Of a stretch of DNA of 64,000 nt, positions 17,863 to 27,044 are shown in pieces. The notes under the pieces are model-generated. The model saw nothing but the letters and a program-made list of their open reading frames with translations, did no database searches and had not been told where the DNA came from. The position numbers were made by a program, and so were the translations under genes. Position 1 is the stretch's first letter. Each line of letters opens with the position of its first letter. Source of the stretch: Geopsychrobacteraceae bacterium (GTDB lineage: Bacteria; Desulfobacterota; Desulfuromonadia; Desulfuromonadales; Geopsychrobacteraceae); assembly GCA_963662315.1 (NCBI GenBank), contig OY759353.1, positions 672,001-736,000 of the forward strand, given 5' to 3'.

Positions 17863-20034
17863 ATGGACCTGTTTTCCCAAACCTCTTCGCCTGTTGCAGA
17901 ACCCCTCGCCTCGCGGATGCGCCCCCGGACTCTGGATGAATATGTCGGACAGGATCATATCCTTGGTGAGGGGCGCTTGTTGCGGCGTGCGATCCGCGCC
18001 GACCAGCTTTCTTCTCTGATTTTCTACGGTCCGCCGGGCACTGGCAAGACAACCCTAGCCAGGGTTATTGCCAATAGTACGTCCAGCCGTTTTGTCTCCA
18101 TGAACGCCGTTTTAAGCGGGGTTAAAGAATTACGTGAAGCAATTGATGAAGCCCGGGAAGCACAGGATCTGTATTCACGCCGCACCATCCTGTTTGTTGA
18201 CGAAGTCCATCGCTGGAATAAGTCCCAACAGGACGCGCTGTTACCATGGGTGGAGCAGGGGACTATCGTCCTGATCGGAGCGACCACTGAAAATCCCTAT
18301 TTTGAGGTTAATAAAGCGCTGGTCAGCCGCAGTCGGGTGTTCCAGTTAAAAGGCCTGACTGAAGACGATTTGCGCCAGATTGTTGTTCAGACTTTAAATG
18401 ATAATGTGCGCGGCTATGGCAACTGGCAGGTTGAATTTGATGCTGACGCCCTCGATCATCTGGTCAGGGTTGCTGGCGGTGATGCCCGCTCCTTGCTAAA
18501 TGCTCTGCAATTGGCTATTGAGACAACTCCGGATCATTTTCCGCCCGCTCCCGGTACTCGTATTCATATTACCCTCGCCGCAGCCGAAGAGAGCATTCAG
18601 CAAAAAGCAGTTCTCTATGATAAGGAAGGTGATTATCATTTTGATACCATCAGCGCTTTTATCAAGTCATTAAGAGGCTCTGACCCCGATGCGGCCCTCT
18701 ATTGGATGGCGCGCATGGTCAGGGCAGGGGAGGATCCGCGCTATATTTTCCGGCGTATGCTTATTTCAGCCTGTGAAGATGTCGGCATGGCGGACCCTTA
18801 CGCTCTTGGTGTTGTCGAGGCGGCTGCAGCCGCTTATGACCGGGTTGGTCTTCCCGAAGGACATTATCATCTGGCTCACGCGACCCTGTACCTGGCCACC
18901 TGTCCTAAATCAAATTCAGCGTTAGCTTTTTTTGATGCCCTGGACAGCGTCGCCAAGGAAGATGTCCAAATTCCCAATCATTTGCGTGATTCAAGTCGCG
19001 ATAAGCATAGCTTCGGTCATGGCAAAGGCTATCGCTATCCCCACGCTTTTCGTGAACACTGGGTGGCCCAGCAATATTTGCCTGAAGCACTGAAAGGGCG
19101 CATTTTTTATCAACCTACCGCTCAGGGATACGAAGGGACGATCCAGCATCAGGTCCTTCGCCAACGTGAAGAGCAACTTGACCGCATGCTTGAAGAAGAG
19201 CCTGAAACGTTAACCTTCAGTCCCGGGGATAAAGAGCGCGAGCGCTGGATTCGCCGGGTTCAGGGGAATTCTGCTACGCGTAAAAAATTACTTGAAAGGA
19301 TTCTTTCAGGTCTACAGGTACGCCGCAATGATCGCATCCTTCTCGCACCATTGCGCTGGAACCAGTTATTCTGGGAATTGTTCCGTTTGGTCCCTGAAGG
19401 TGGCTTGACTGCCCTGGTTGAGCGACAGGAATTCAGGCAGCTGGTCGAATTTTCCATGGAAAGCCTGCCTGAAGCTGAAAGGCCTCAACTGATCGATGCG
19501 AGTCTTAAGGTCCCTAAATGGTTAGAAGATCCACAATGGCAGGGACATTTCTGGGAACATATTATCGTAGATGGTGCTTTGGAGCAGGTAATAACGAGCA
19601 TCGAAACCCTCGGTGAACGTATCATTACCGGAGGGACCCTGACGCTTTGCCAGCCCTTGCCAGGAGTTGGCAGTCGCCTGAGTGATTTGTTAGCAGAACG
19701 TCTTGAGGATAGTCTTTATGCTCAGGTTAAAGCTGGAGAGCAGCGATTCTATACAGAAAAGGTTGTCTTGCCAAAACCGGAGGATGTCGCTGCGCTCAAT
19801 CATTTCGAGGTGGTGGAATGGGATCATTTTGTTACCGCTGAGTCCATAGCGATCACTGAAGCATGGTTAGCACCGTGGTTGAAAGGATCTGAGGGCAGTT
19901 GGCTCTTCTACGTTGGTCAAAAACTGACTCGTGCTGACCAGACAATCGTACAGGCTCAATTGAAGGCTGAATTATTGACCAAAAAATGGGATTGGCAACG
20001 GGCCTGGTTGCTTTGTCGTTTACGGAAAGTGTAA
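17863..20034 (+). CDS. rarA: Replication-associated recombination AAA+ ATPase RarA/MgsA with C-terminal extension
   Basis: PLASRMRP, GPPGTGKT, FVDEVHRWNKSQQD, SAFIKSLRGSD, GYRYPH; about 280 extra C-terminal residues. Confidence 0.92.
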   Translation: MDLFSQTSSPVAEPLASRMRPRTLDEYVGQDHILGEGRLLRRAIRADQLSSLIFYGPPGTGKTTLARVIANSTSSRFVSMNAVLSGVKELREAIDEAREAQDLYSRRTILFVDEVHRWNKSQQDALLPWVEQGTIVLIGATTENPYFEVNKALVSRSRVFQLKGLTEDDLRQIVVQTLNDNVRGYGNWQVEFDADALDHLVRVAGGDARSLLNALQLAIETTPDHFPPAPGTRIHITLAAAEESIQQKAVLYDKEGDYHFDTISAFIKSLRGSDPDAALYWMARMVRAGEDPRYIFRRMLISACEDVGMADPYALGVVEAAAAAYDRVGLPEGHYHLAHATLYLATCPKSNSALAFFDALDSVAKEDVQIPNHLRDSSRDKHSFGHGKGYRYPHAFREHWVAQQYLPEALKGRIFYQPTAQGYEGTIQHQVLRQREEQLDRMLEEEPETLTFSPGDKERERWIRRVQGNSATRKKLLERILSGLQVRRNDRILLAPLRWNQLFWELFRLVPEGGLTALVERQEFRQLVEFSMESLPEAERPQLIDASLKVPKWLEDPQWQGHFWEHIIVDGALEQVITSIETLGERIITGGTLTLCQPLPGVGSRLSDLLAERLEDSLYAQVKAGEQRFYTEKVVLPKPEDVAALNHFEVVEWDHFVTAESIAITEAWLAPWLKGSEGSWLFYVGQKLTRADQTIVQAQLKAELLTKKWDWQRAWLLCRLRKV

Positions 20035-20131
20035 TTTGATCCTATCCGTCATTTAGCAAGGCAGTGATGTCATCAAAACGCCGGCAATTCTTCGCATGAA
20101 TTGCCGGCGTTTATGTTGAAGCTGAAAAAAA

Positions 20132-22261
20132 TCAGGCCGCTTTGGTTTGTTCTTTTTCAACAATACGTGGTTCATTGGGACATGATGTCGCTTTGCGTTG
20201 AGCATCAAGGGGCTGATCATCCTGATCATAACAATAGATGCCACAGTTCAGGCAGCGTTCGGTTTCTGCTCGACATTGCTCTTCTGTTATCGTCCCCTCG
20301 ACCTCGATGAAAGTACCGATACGTTCCTCGACACTGAGCATTGGTTTATGCACACGAGTGGTCTGAGGTTCAACGTTGTGCAGCGAATCGACCAGTGAAG
20401 GTGCAATCATTTCGCGCTGTCTGTCTTCAATGACTGGGATCTCTCCGGTCGTGACATAGTAGTGGATTGAGCGCGCGGCATAACGACCACTGGCTACAGC
20501 ATCAACAAGCAGACGTGGACCGGAAAAACAGTCGCCGCCAGCGAAAACGCCTGGAATATTCGTTTCGAGGGTTTCTTCATTGCCGTCGATTGTGCCAAAG
20601 CGGGTTTTTTCCAGGCCATCCGCTTCGACAATTTTATCAAGGTCTGCAGCCTGGCCAACGGCGAGAATGACCGTATCGCATGGAATGACCCGGACAGTTC
20701 CGTCAACCGGAATACAGTCAGGGGGACCCGCGGGGTTCATTTTCAAGGTCACATCCTGAACCTGGATGCCTGTCAGTTGGCCGTTTTCACCGATGAACTT
20801 CATTGGTGAAACGAGGCAGTGCATTTTGACTCCCTCATTTTCCGCATCCACGATTTCATGGGCATTGGCTTCCATCAGATCGCGTGAGAAGCGGAACAGC
20901 AGGTTGACGCTGTCCGCGTCTGAACGCAGAGCCGAACGGGCACAGTCCATGGCAACGTTGCCAGCACCAATGACAATAACATTTTTTCCTTTGATCAGCT
21001 CTTCGTCAGTGTGGTAACGGCGTAGGTAGTCAATCCCACTACAAACACCGTTAAGATCTTTTCCTTCAAAAGGAAGCATTCGACCAGTCCACAAGCCGAT
21101 GGCCAGATAAACAGCGTCAAAGCCCATTGCTTTTAATGAACGTATAGTGAAGTCTTCGCCAAGTTTGACGCCAGTGTGCGCAGTGACTCCAAGCTCAAGA
21201 ACACCATCAACGTCCCATTTCAACTGCTCTTCGGAGAGGCGATATTCCGGAATCCCGTACAGTGGCATTCCGCCAAGCTTTTCCATCTGTTCAAAGATTT
21301 CAACCTGATGACCAAGGCGACGCAGGTAATACGAGGCAGTCAGCCCCGATGGCCCACCACCGACAACGGCGATTCTTTTACCTGTATCGGCCGCAACTGG
21401 CACCTTAAGGTGCTTTCCGGTGTCACGCTCCCAATCGGCAAGGAAGCGTTTAACCGAATTTATTGCCAATGGGTCGTCATTAATCGTTCTACGGCACTCC
21501 GTCGCACAGAGTTCGGGGCAAACACGGCCGGTCATTGTCGGTAAAGGATTGTTATCCTTGACGGTCAGAAGCGCTGCCGCATATTCACCTTTACGGGCAT
21601 GACCGAGGTATTTGGGAATATTGATCTGGGCCGGACAGCGCTGACGGCAGGGTGACAAACAATTGGTGTACTGGTTCCAATGCAGGATTTTGGTGGTTTC
21701 GCCAACCAATTTAACAATCCCTTTAGGGCAGGTTTCTACACAGGCACCACAGCCGACACATTTTTCCGGATCAAAAATCGGCAAACCGGTCTCTTTACTC
21801 ATTGAGATCGCGCCAAATTTACAGGCCCGTAAACAAGAACCAAGACCAAGGCAGCCATTCTCGCAGCGTACCGGCCCGTGATAGAGTTGTAATGCTGCCC
21901 GGCAGTCTTGTAGCCCGGAATAATGATATTTTTGGGCCGCACGAAATCCCCCTTCGCAACTGGAACAGGCGAGAGTCGGTTCGGCACCGGAAACATCATA
22001 ACCCAGCGCCGCTCCAATTTTTTCGGCAACTTCGGTCCCTCCAACAACACAGGCATTGACAGGGATTTTCCTTTTAACCATCGCTTCGGCCGAAGCACTG
22101 CATCCGGCTTGTCCGCAGCCCCCACAGTTCGCACCGGGCAGCAGATCAGTAACAGCTTCTATACGAGGGTCTTCCTTAACATAAAATACTTTTGCCGCAA
22201 TACCCAAGATAACGGAAGCAACAAAAGCGATACTAACAAGCAGGATTATTGGAGCTAACAC
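20132..22261 (-). CDS. rnfB: RnfB fused to a GltD/NfnB-like FAD/NAD(P)H oxidoreductase
   Basis: N-terminal TM, LPGANCGGCG and ferredoxin motifs; then PCRQRCP, GRVCPELC, VVGGGPSG, YGIPEYRL, VIGAGNVAMD and FAGGD. Confidence 0.92.
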   Translation of the reverse strand: MLAPIILLVSIAFVASVILGIAAKVFYVKEDPRIEAVTDLLPGANCGGCGQAGCSASAEAMVKRKIPVNACVVGGTEVAEKIGAALGYDVSGAEPTLACSSCEGGFRAAQKYHYSGLQDCRAALQLYHGPVRCENGCLGLGSCLRACKFGAISMSKETGLPIFDPEKCVGCGACVETCPKGIVKLVGETTKILHWNQYTNCLSPCRQRCPAQINIPKYLGHARKGEYAAALLTVKDNNPLPTMTGRVCPELCATECRRTINDDPLAINSVKRFLADWERDTGKHLKVPVAADTGKRIAVVGGGPSGLTASYYLRRLGHQVEIFEQMEKLGGMPLYGIPEYRLSEEQLKWDVDGVLELGVTAHTGVKLGEDFTIRSLKAMGFDAVYLAIGLWTGRMLPFEGKDLNGVCSGIDYLRRYHTDEELIKGKNVIVIGAGNVAMDCARSALRSDADSVNLLFRFSRDLMEANAHEIVDAENEGVKMHCLVSPMKFIGENGQLTGIQVQDVTLKMNPAGPPDCIPVDGTVRVIPCDTVILAVGQAADLDKIVEADGLEKTRFGTIDGNEETLETNIPGVFAGGDCFSGPRLLVDAVASGRYAARSIHYYVTTGEIPVIEDRQREMIAPSLVDSLHNVEPQTTRVHKPMLSVEERIGTFIEVEGTITEEQCRAETERCLNCGIYCYDQDDQPLDAQRKATSCPNEPRIVEKEQTKAA

Positions 22262-22285
22262 GATAAATCTCCTTCTTTACCGGCA

Positions 22286-22858
22286 CTAAGCCATGCCTCG
22301 GAAACCAATAAACGCCAAGGCCATAATTCCGGCCGTGATAAGTGCGATGGAGGTTCCCTGTAGGGATTTGGGGACTGCAGAAATCATCAGGCGTTCACGA
22401 ATGCCCGCAAACAAAATTAAAGCCAATCCGTAACCGATGGCACTAAAGGTTGCAAACACCAGCATTTCAAGAAAACCATATTCCTTTTTTGCCACCAGCA
22501 AGGCGACACCCATGACCGCACAGTTGGTCGTAATCAGCGGCAGATAAACACCGAGTGCGTTGTATAACGTACGACTCTGTTTTTTGAGGATGATTTCTAC
22601 CAACTGAACCAGTGAGGCAATAATCAGGATAAAACTCAAGGTCTGCAAATATTCAAGTTCGTATGGTTTAAGGACAAATACTAGTACAGACCAGGTGCAA
22701 ATGGTCGACATGACAATGACGAAAACAACGGCCATGGCCATCCCCAATGCCGTTTCAAGCTTTTTAGAAACGCCAAGGAACGGACAGTTGCCGAGATACT
22801 GGGCCAGAAGAATGTTGTTAACGAAAGTCGAAGAAATCGCCAGAATAAACAAATCCAT
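22286..22858 (-). CDS. rnfA: Rnf complex subunit A
   Basis: NNILL.QYLG.CPFLGVSKK, LPLITTNCAVMG. Confidence 0.95.
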   Translation of the reverse strand: MDLFILAISSTFVNNILLAQYLGNCPFLGVSKKLETALGMAMAVVFVIVMSTICTWSVLVFVLKPYELEYLQTLSFILIIASLVQLVEIILKKQSRTLYNALGVYLPLITTNCAVMGVALLVAKKEYGFLEMLVFATFSAIGYGLALILFAGIRERLMISAVPKSLQGTSIALITAGIMALAFIGFRGMA

Positions 22859-22870
22859 AATATTAACCTT

Positions 22871-23488
22871 CTATCCCTGAATGAATTTCTCGCCGCGCAG
22901 GCGGGAGTAGAGGTTCTGAAGTGCAAGCAAGGACCCCAGGGTCACAAAAGCCCCTGGTGCGGATACGAAAAACGTCATCGGTTCAAAGGTAGGCCCAAAA
23001 ACAGGCATGCCAAACCAGGTTCCAGCGCCCAAAATCTCACGTACCGAGCCAACCAGAGTTAAGGACATCGCATAGCCGGTGCCGACACTGAACCCGTCAA
23101 TCATAGACAGGAAGGGTGGATTCTTTGCAGCAAAGCCTTCAGCTCGACCAAGGACGATACAATTGACAACAATCAATGGTATGTAGATGCCTAACTGCTG
23201 AGACAATGGAAAAAAATATGCCTTCATCAGAATTTCAACGATCGATACCAGCGTGGCAATAATGACGATGTAAGCGGCAATACGCACCTTCGATGGAATG
23301 ATGTTTCTAAGCGCGGAGATAGCACCATTGGACAGCATAACAACAAAAGCAACACCCAATCCCATACCGAGACCGGTTTCAGCTGACATGGTAACTGCGA
23401 GGGAAGGGCATAAGCCAAGGACTAAACGAAACGGAGGAATCCGTTTCCACCAGCCTGCGGTAAGGGTTTCTAAATAGATATTTGCCAT
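22871..23488 (-). CDS. rnfE: Rnf complex subunit E
   Basis: LGLCPSLAVT, IPLIVVNCIVLGRAE. Confidence 0.95.
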   Translation of the reverse strand: MANIYLETLTAGWWKRIPPFRLVLGLCPSLAVTMSAETGLGMGLGVAFVVMLSNGAISALRNIIPSKVRIAAYIVIIATLVSIVEILMKAYFFPLSQQLGIYIPLIVVNCIVLGRAEGFAAKNPPFLSMIDGFSVGTGYAMSLTLVGSVREILGAGTWFGMPVFGPTFEPMTFFVSAPGAFVTLGSLLALQNLYSRLRGEKFIQG

Positions 23489-23503
23489 AACCTTATCCTT
23501 CCT

Positions 23504-24094
23504 CTATTGCTTTGCGATCATCTGCAGAATGATATCTTTATTGTCACGTATAAAGGTCATCACGTTATTTGTGCCTTTAACCGCTGCCCGGGATGTCGTT
23601 GACGCGCCACTGATAGAATCAATGGTTCCGCCATCAGCGGTGACAGCAATGGGGGTATCCAGTGACAATCCTTTCCATTGACGACGAAAGCCAGGTTCTT
23701 CAATACGCGCCCCAAGACCTGGCGTATCGCTGTGGCTAACCACCTCCATGCCGGTCTGTTTGCCATTCACAAGATCGATGCCAATCATAATTGTCAGGTC
23801 ACCGCCGAAGCTTTTGGTTGTCGTTTCAACCGCAAGGGTCGTGACCGTATCACCATCTTTAAGATAAAATACCGGAACCTCACTGGTAGGGGTTGTCATT
23901 GTAACCTTATTGCCGAGAACCTCTTTGGCTGGTACGCCAAACAGTCTTTCAAGGGCAGGCCCGCGAACGAACAGATCGGTCTGTTTGTCAACCATTGGTG
24001 TCAACATGACATTGGCTGAAGCCAAGGCTGCGGCGCAGACTCCGGCGATCAGACAAAGGATAATAACCATACGGGTAATTTCAGATGTTTTCAT
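23504..24094 (-). CDS. rnfG: Rnf complex subunit G
   Basis: N-terminal TM, HSDTPGLG, DSISGASTTS flavinylation-type motif. Confidence 0.9.
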   Translation of the reverse strand: MKTSEITRMVIILCLIAGVCAAALASANVMLTPMVDKQTDLFVRGPALERLFGVPAKEVLGNKVTMTTPTSEVPVFYLKDGDTVTTLAVETTTKSFGGDLTIMIGIDLVNGKQTGMEVVSHSDTPGLGARIEEPGFRRQWKGLSLDTPIAVTADGGTIDSISGASTTSRAAVKGTNNVMTFIRDNKDIILQMIAKQ

Positions 24095-25082
24095 AATGCC
24101 CTCCCTTGACTTTCGGTTTGATCATATCCATAAGTGGGGCACAGAGATTGGCCAGAAGGACGGCATAGGCGATGCCATCGACATGCATTGAATAGCAACG
24201 TATAAAAATCAACAGAATTCCTGCCAGCAGGCCATATAAAAAGAGTGGCATCTTGTTGACCGGAGATGTTGTATGGTCGGTTATCAGGAACAGTGCCATA
24301 AACACGGTTCCGCCACTAAGAAGGTAAAAGACCGGATAAGCATAGGTTTCCGGATTGGTCATATGTAGCAATGATGCGGTTGCCAGTAGTCCCACCAGAA
24401 ATCCCACTGGTGCTTGCCACTGGATTTCGCGAGTGAAGAGCAGAAACAGCCCGCCAAGGAGAATGAACAGAACCATGCCATTCGCCGTACCTGCCACCTG
24501 ATAGCCAACGAACAAATCACTGAGCTGATATTGGTTCGCGGCAGCAGCGCCGAGAGACTTGACCAGGCGCAGTGGCTCCACCATGGTGACGGTCCAGTCG
24601 AAATCCTTCAGTGCCGCAGTGTAGTCCATGCGGGCGGGCCAAGACAGTTGCAGAATCGCTGTTGCAAGAATCGCTGGTTGAACCGGATAGGCACCAACGC
24701 CGCCAAAAAACTTTTTCCCAATGATAATCATGAAAAAGCACCCGACCATGATCATCCACCAAGAGGTATTCAAGGGAAGCATGAATGCCAACAGCAGGGC
24801 CATACTGACACTTGACCAGTTGGAGGTAAGGTCCCGGGATGGTGCCAGCTTTTCAGCAATGAAATCAAATGCAACAGAAAAACAAACACATAAACCGAAA
24901 ACATACAGGGCGGAGGTGCCAAAATAGTAAATACTGGCAATAATGGCTGGAAGCAGAGCAATCACCCAGCGTTGATAAATACCAGCCAGACCGGTTCCTA
25001 ACCGATAGTGAGGACCGACGGCGACGTCAAGCATATGACTCTCCACCATGACCGGGTTTTGCGGTGATTCAAGTTTATTCAT
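24081..25082 (-). CDS. rnfD: Rnf complex subunit D
   Basis: GPH, GKKFFGGVG, FLITDHTTSP, DGIAYAVLLAN; polytopic membrane protein. Confidence 0.9.
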   Translation of the reverse strand: MNKLESPQNPVMVESHMLDVAVGPHYRLGTGLAGIYQRWVIALLPAIIASIYYFGTSALYVFGLCVCFSVAFDFIAEKLAPSRDLTSNWSSVSMALLLAFMLPLNTSWWMIMVGCFFMIIIGKKFFGGVGAYPVQPAILATAILQLSWPARMDYTAALKDFDWTVTMVEPLRLVKSLGAAAANQYQLSDLFVGYQVAGTANGMVLFILLGGLFLLFTREIQWQAPVGFLVGLLATASLLHMTNPETYAYPVFYLLSGGTVFMALFLITDHTTSPVNKMPLFLYGLLAGILLIFIRCYSMHVDGIAYAVLLANLCAPLMDMIKPKVKGGHYENI

Positions 25083-26398
25083 GACATTCCTCCGGCGGAC
25101 CAGGTAAATCGCTCGCCATGTACCATGTCGTGGTTACAGAAATTTAACAACTGAACAATGGGGCGTTCTGCCGGGCAACCATAGGCGCATAACCCGCATT
25201 CGTGACAAGCTTCGGGGTGATGTTCACGGGCTGCATCCAGTTGTCCGAATTCGATCATGCGGTTGACCAGATGAACCTGAATATTGACAGGGCAGGCTCT
25301 TGTACAGCGACCGCAGTTAATGCATGGCGCGATGGAATCAAAAGGAGCTACATCTCCGGCAATAAGATGAATACCGTTGTAATAGGTCATTGGCGTCTGG
25401 TCGGAATATTGTGCTACACCTTTCATCGGCCCACCGACGATAGGCCGGGTATAGCCGGAAATACTTAAACCCTGACTTGCCAGGATATGCTTTAGAGAAG
25501 AACCGATCGGAAAACGTACAGTGAAGGGTTTCTCGATATCTGAGCCACTGATAGTCAAATGTTTGTGGGTTAATGCAGATGAGCCATTCAGGGCATCCAC
25601 GATCGCTAGGAGATATTCCAGATCAAGAACAATTATGCCATGCTTGCGATAGCTCTCACGATTGGGAATTCGTGTGCCGAGGATGGTAGCGACAACCTCA
25701 CGCTCGATGCGTCCAAAATAGCTGGCAGGCAAGTAGTGCATTTCTGCCAGATCTCCAAACAGTCCATCCGCCCACGATTGATACGCTTGCGGTGCGGTCA
25801 TACAAACCCGGGCGCCAGGCATCAATGTCGCGACCCGCTTCAACCCCTCAACGACTTTATCGCGTTGCTGATCCATAAGCAGCTGAGAGGTGAATACGGT
25901 ATCTTCCTGACGAATTCCTGAAATGATAACAGTTTTTATACGGGGTAGCTCTTCGATATCTTCGTTTTTCCACTCGCGACCGGATAATGACCATGGTGGA
26001 GCAACACCGGCACTGCGCATGCGTATCATGGCCGCTTCAAGATTGCCGGCGGGAACCGAGGCTGAAAACGCGTCAGGCACCGGATTTTCTGCGGTGTCAA
26101 GGCGATCAATGATAATCGCCGGGGAATGTACAGATTGGGCAGTCCAGACCGTAATAACCCCACGTACTTTACCACTGATGCTGGCAATCACAGCATTCCC
26201 CAGTCTGGATTTGGCGACCGGTTGCCCTTTATGCACAATATCACCAGCAGAAACTACCGGCTGGTAATGAACCTGCCCTGGGTATTCCAAGGGCAGGACT
26301 ATAAAATCAGGATCATCAATCTGGCGTATCTCCGGGTCGTATGACGTGACAGGAGGCAGAGGCGATTTTTTCTTAAATAAATTAAAAATTCCACTCAT
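25079..26398 (-). CDS. rnfC: Rnf complex subunit C (divergent)
   Basis: V..GD.V.KGQ...ASISGKV N-domain, GGPMKG, CINCGRCTRACP and CHECGLCAYGCP; flavin/NADH motifs degenerate. Confidence 0.88.
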   Translation of the reverse strand: MSGIFNLFKKKSPLPPVTSYDPEIRQIDDPDFIVLPLEYPGQVHYQPVVSAGDIVHKGQPVAKSRLGNAVIASISGKVRGVITVWTAQSVHSPAIIIDRLDTAENPVPDAFSASVPAGNLEAAMIRMRSAGVAPPWSLSGREWKNEDIEELPRIKTVIISGIRQEDTVFTSQLLMDQQRDKVVEGLKRVATLMPGARVCMTAPQAYQSWADGLFGDLAEMHYLPASYFGRIEREVVATILGTRIPNRESYRKHGIIVLDLEYLLAIVDALNGSSALTHKHLTISGSDIEKPFTVRFPIGSSLKHILASQGLSISGYTRPIVGGPMKGVAQYSDQTPMTYYNGIHLIAGDVAPFDSIAPCINCGRCTRACPVNIQVHLVNRMIEFGQLDAAREHHPEACHECGLCAYGCPAERPIVQLLNFCNHDMVHGERFTWSAGGMS

Positions 26399-26411
26399 GA
26401 GTCAAGCGTCC

Positions 26412-27044
26412 TCAGCGTAAATGACAAGCTCTGCATACTGGCGCGTCTTTCTCGTCAACAAATTTTTCAGGAGCGATAGTTCTGTGACAACCAGTGCAGT
26501 TGGTATGATAGGCTTCAGAAACAGTTACTGGGTTGTGACAACCAAGGCAGCTGTGATCCTCAACCTGAAGATAGTCGTTATGAGCCATCATGCCAGGCTC
26601 GAATGAATCATCATGACACTGCTGACAGGTTTCGGTACGTACTTCACTTTCCTGTTTTTTGGCATGGCAGTCTCGACAGGATGAAGGTTGAGTTTGAGGT
26701 TCCGAAGCCTCGTGGCACCGGGAACAGTCTCTCTGGTGAAAATCCTTGAGCTCAGCATGTTTAAAATCTTCAGCTTTCATGCTCTCGTCATGACAATCGG
26801 TGCAGGTTGTTGCTAACTTTCCAGTGTACAGATCATGGTGACACGTGGCGCAGGCATCAATATTGTCCTGATGAGCCCCATGATCAAAAAGGACTGCTCC
26901 TGCAGAGCTATTAAGATACACACGGTCAGCATTGCTGGTATGTGGTCCGCCTATACAGCCAATTACCGCAGCAGCTGCAGCAATGACGACAACAATTGTC
27001 ATTGATAGGGTCCAGTTTTTGCGCCCCTTGTTATTACCATTCAT
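26412..27044 (-). CDS. Octaheme cytochrome c (c3-like), probable lipoprotein or membrane-anchored
   Basis: Eight CxxCH motifs (CATCH, CTDCH, CSRCH, CRDCH, CQQCH, CLGCH, CTGCH, CRACH); c3-type VLFDHGAH; signal ending VIGC. Confidence 0.92.
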   Translation of the reverse strand: MNGNNKGRKNWTLSMTIVVVIAAAAAVIGCIGGPHTSNADRVYLNSSAGAVLFDHGAHQDNIDACATCHHDLYTGKLATTCTDCHDESMKAEDFKHAELKDFHQRDCSRCHEASEPQTQPSSCRDCHAKKQESEVRTETCQQCHDDSFEPGMMAHNDYLQVEDHSCLGCHNPVTVSEAYHTNCTGCHRTIAPEKFVDEKDAPVCRACHLR

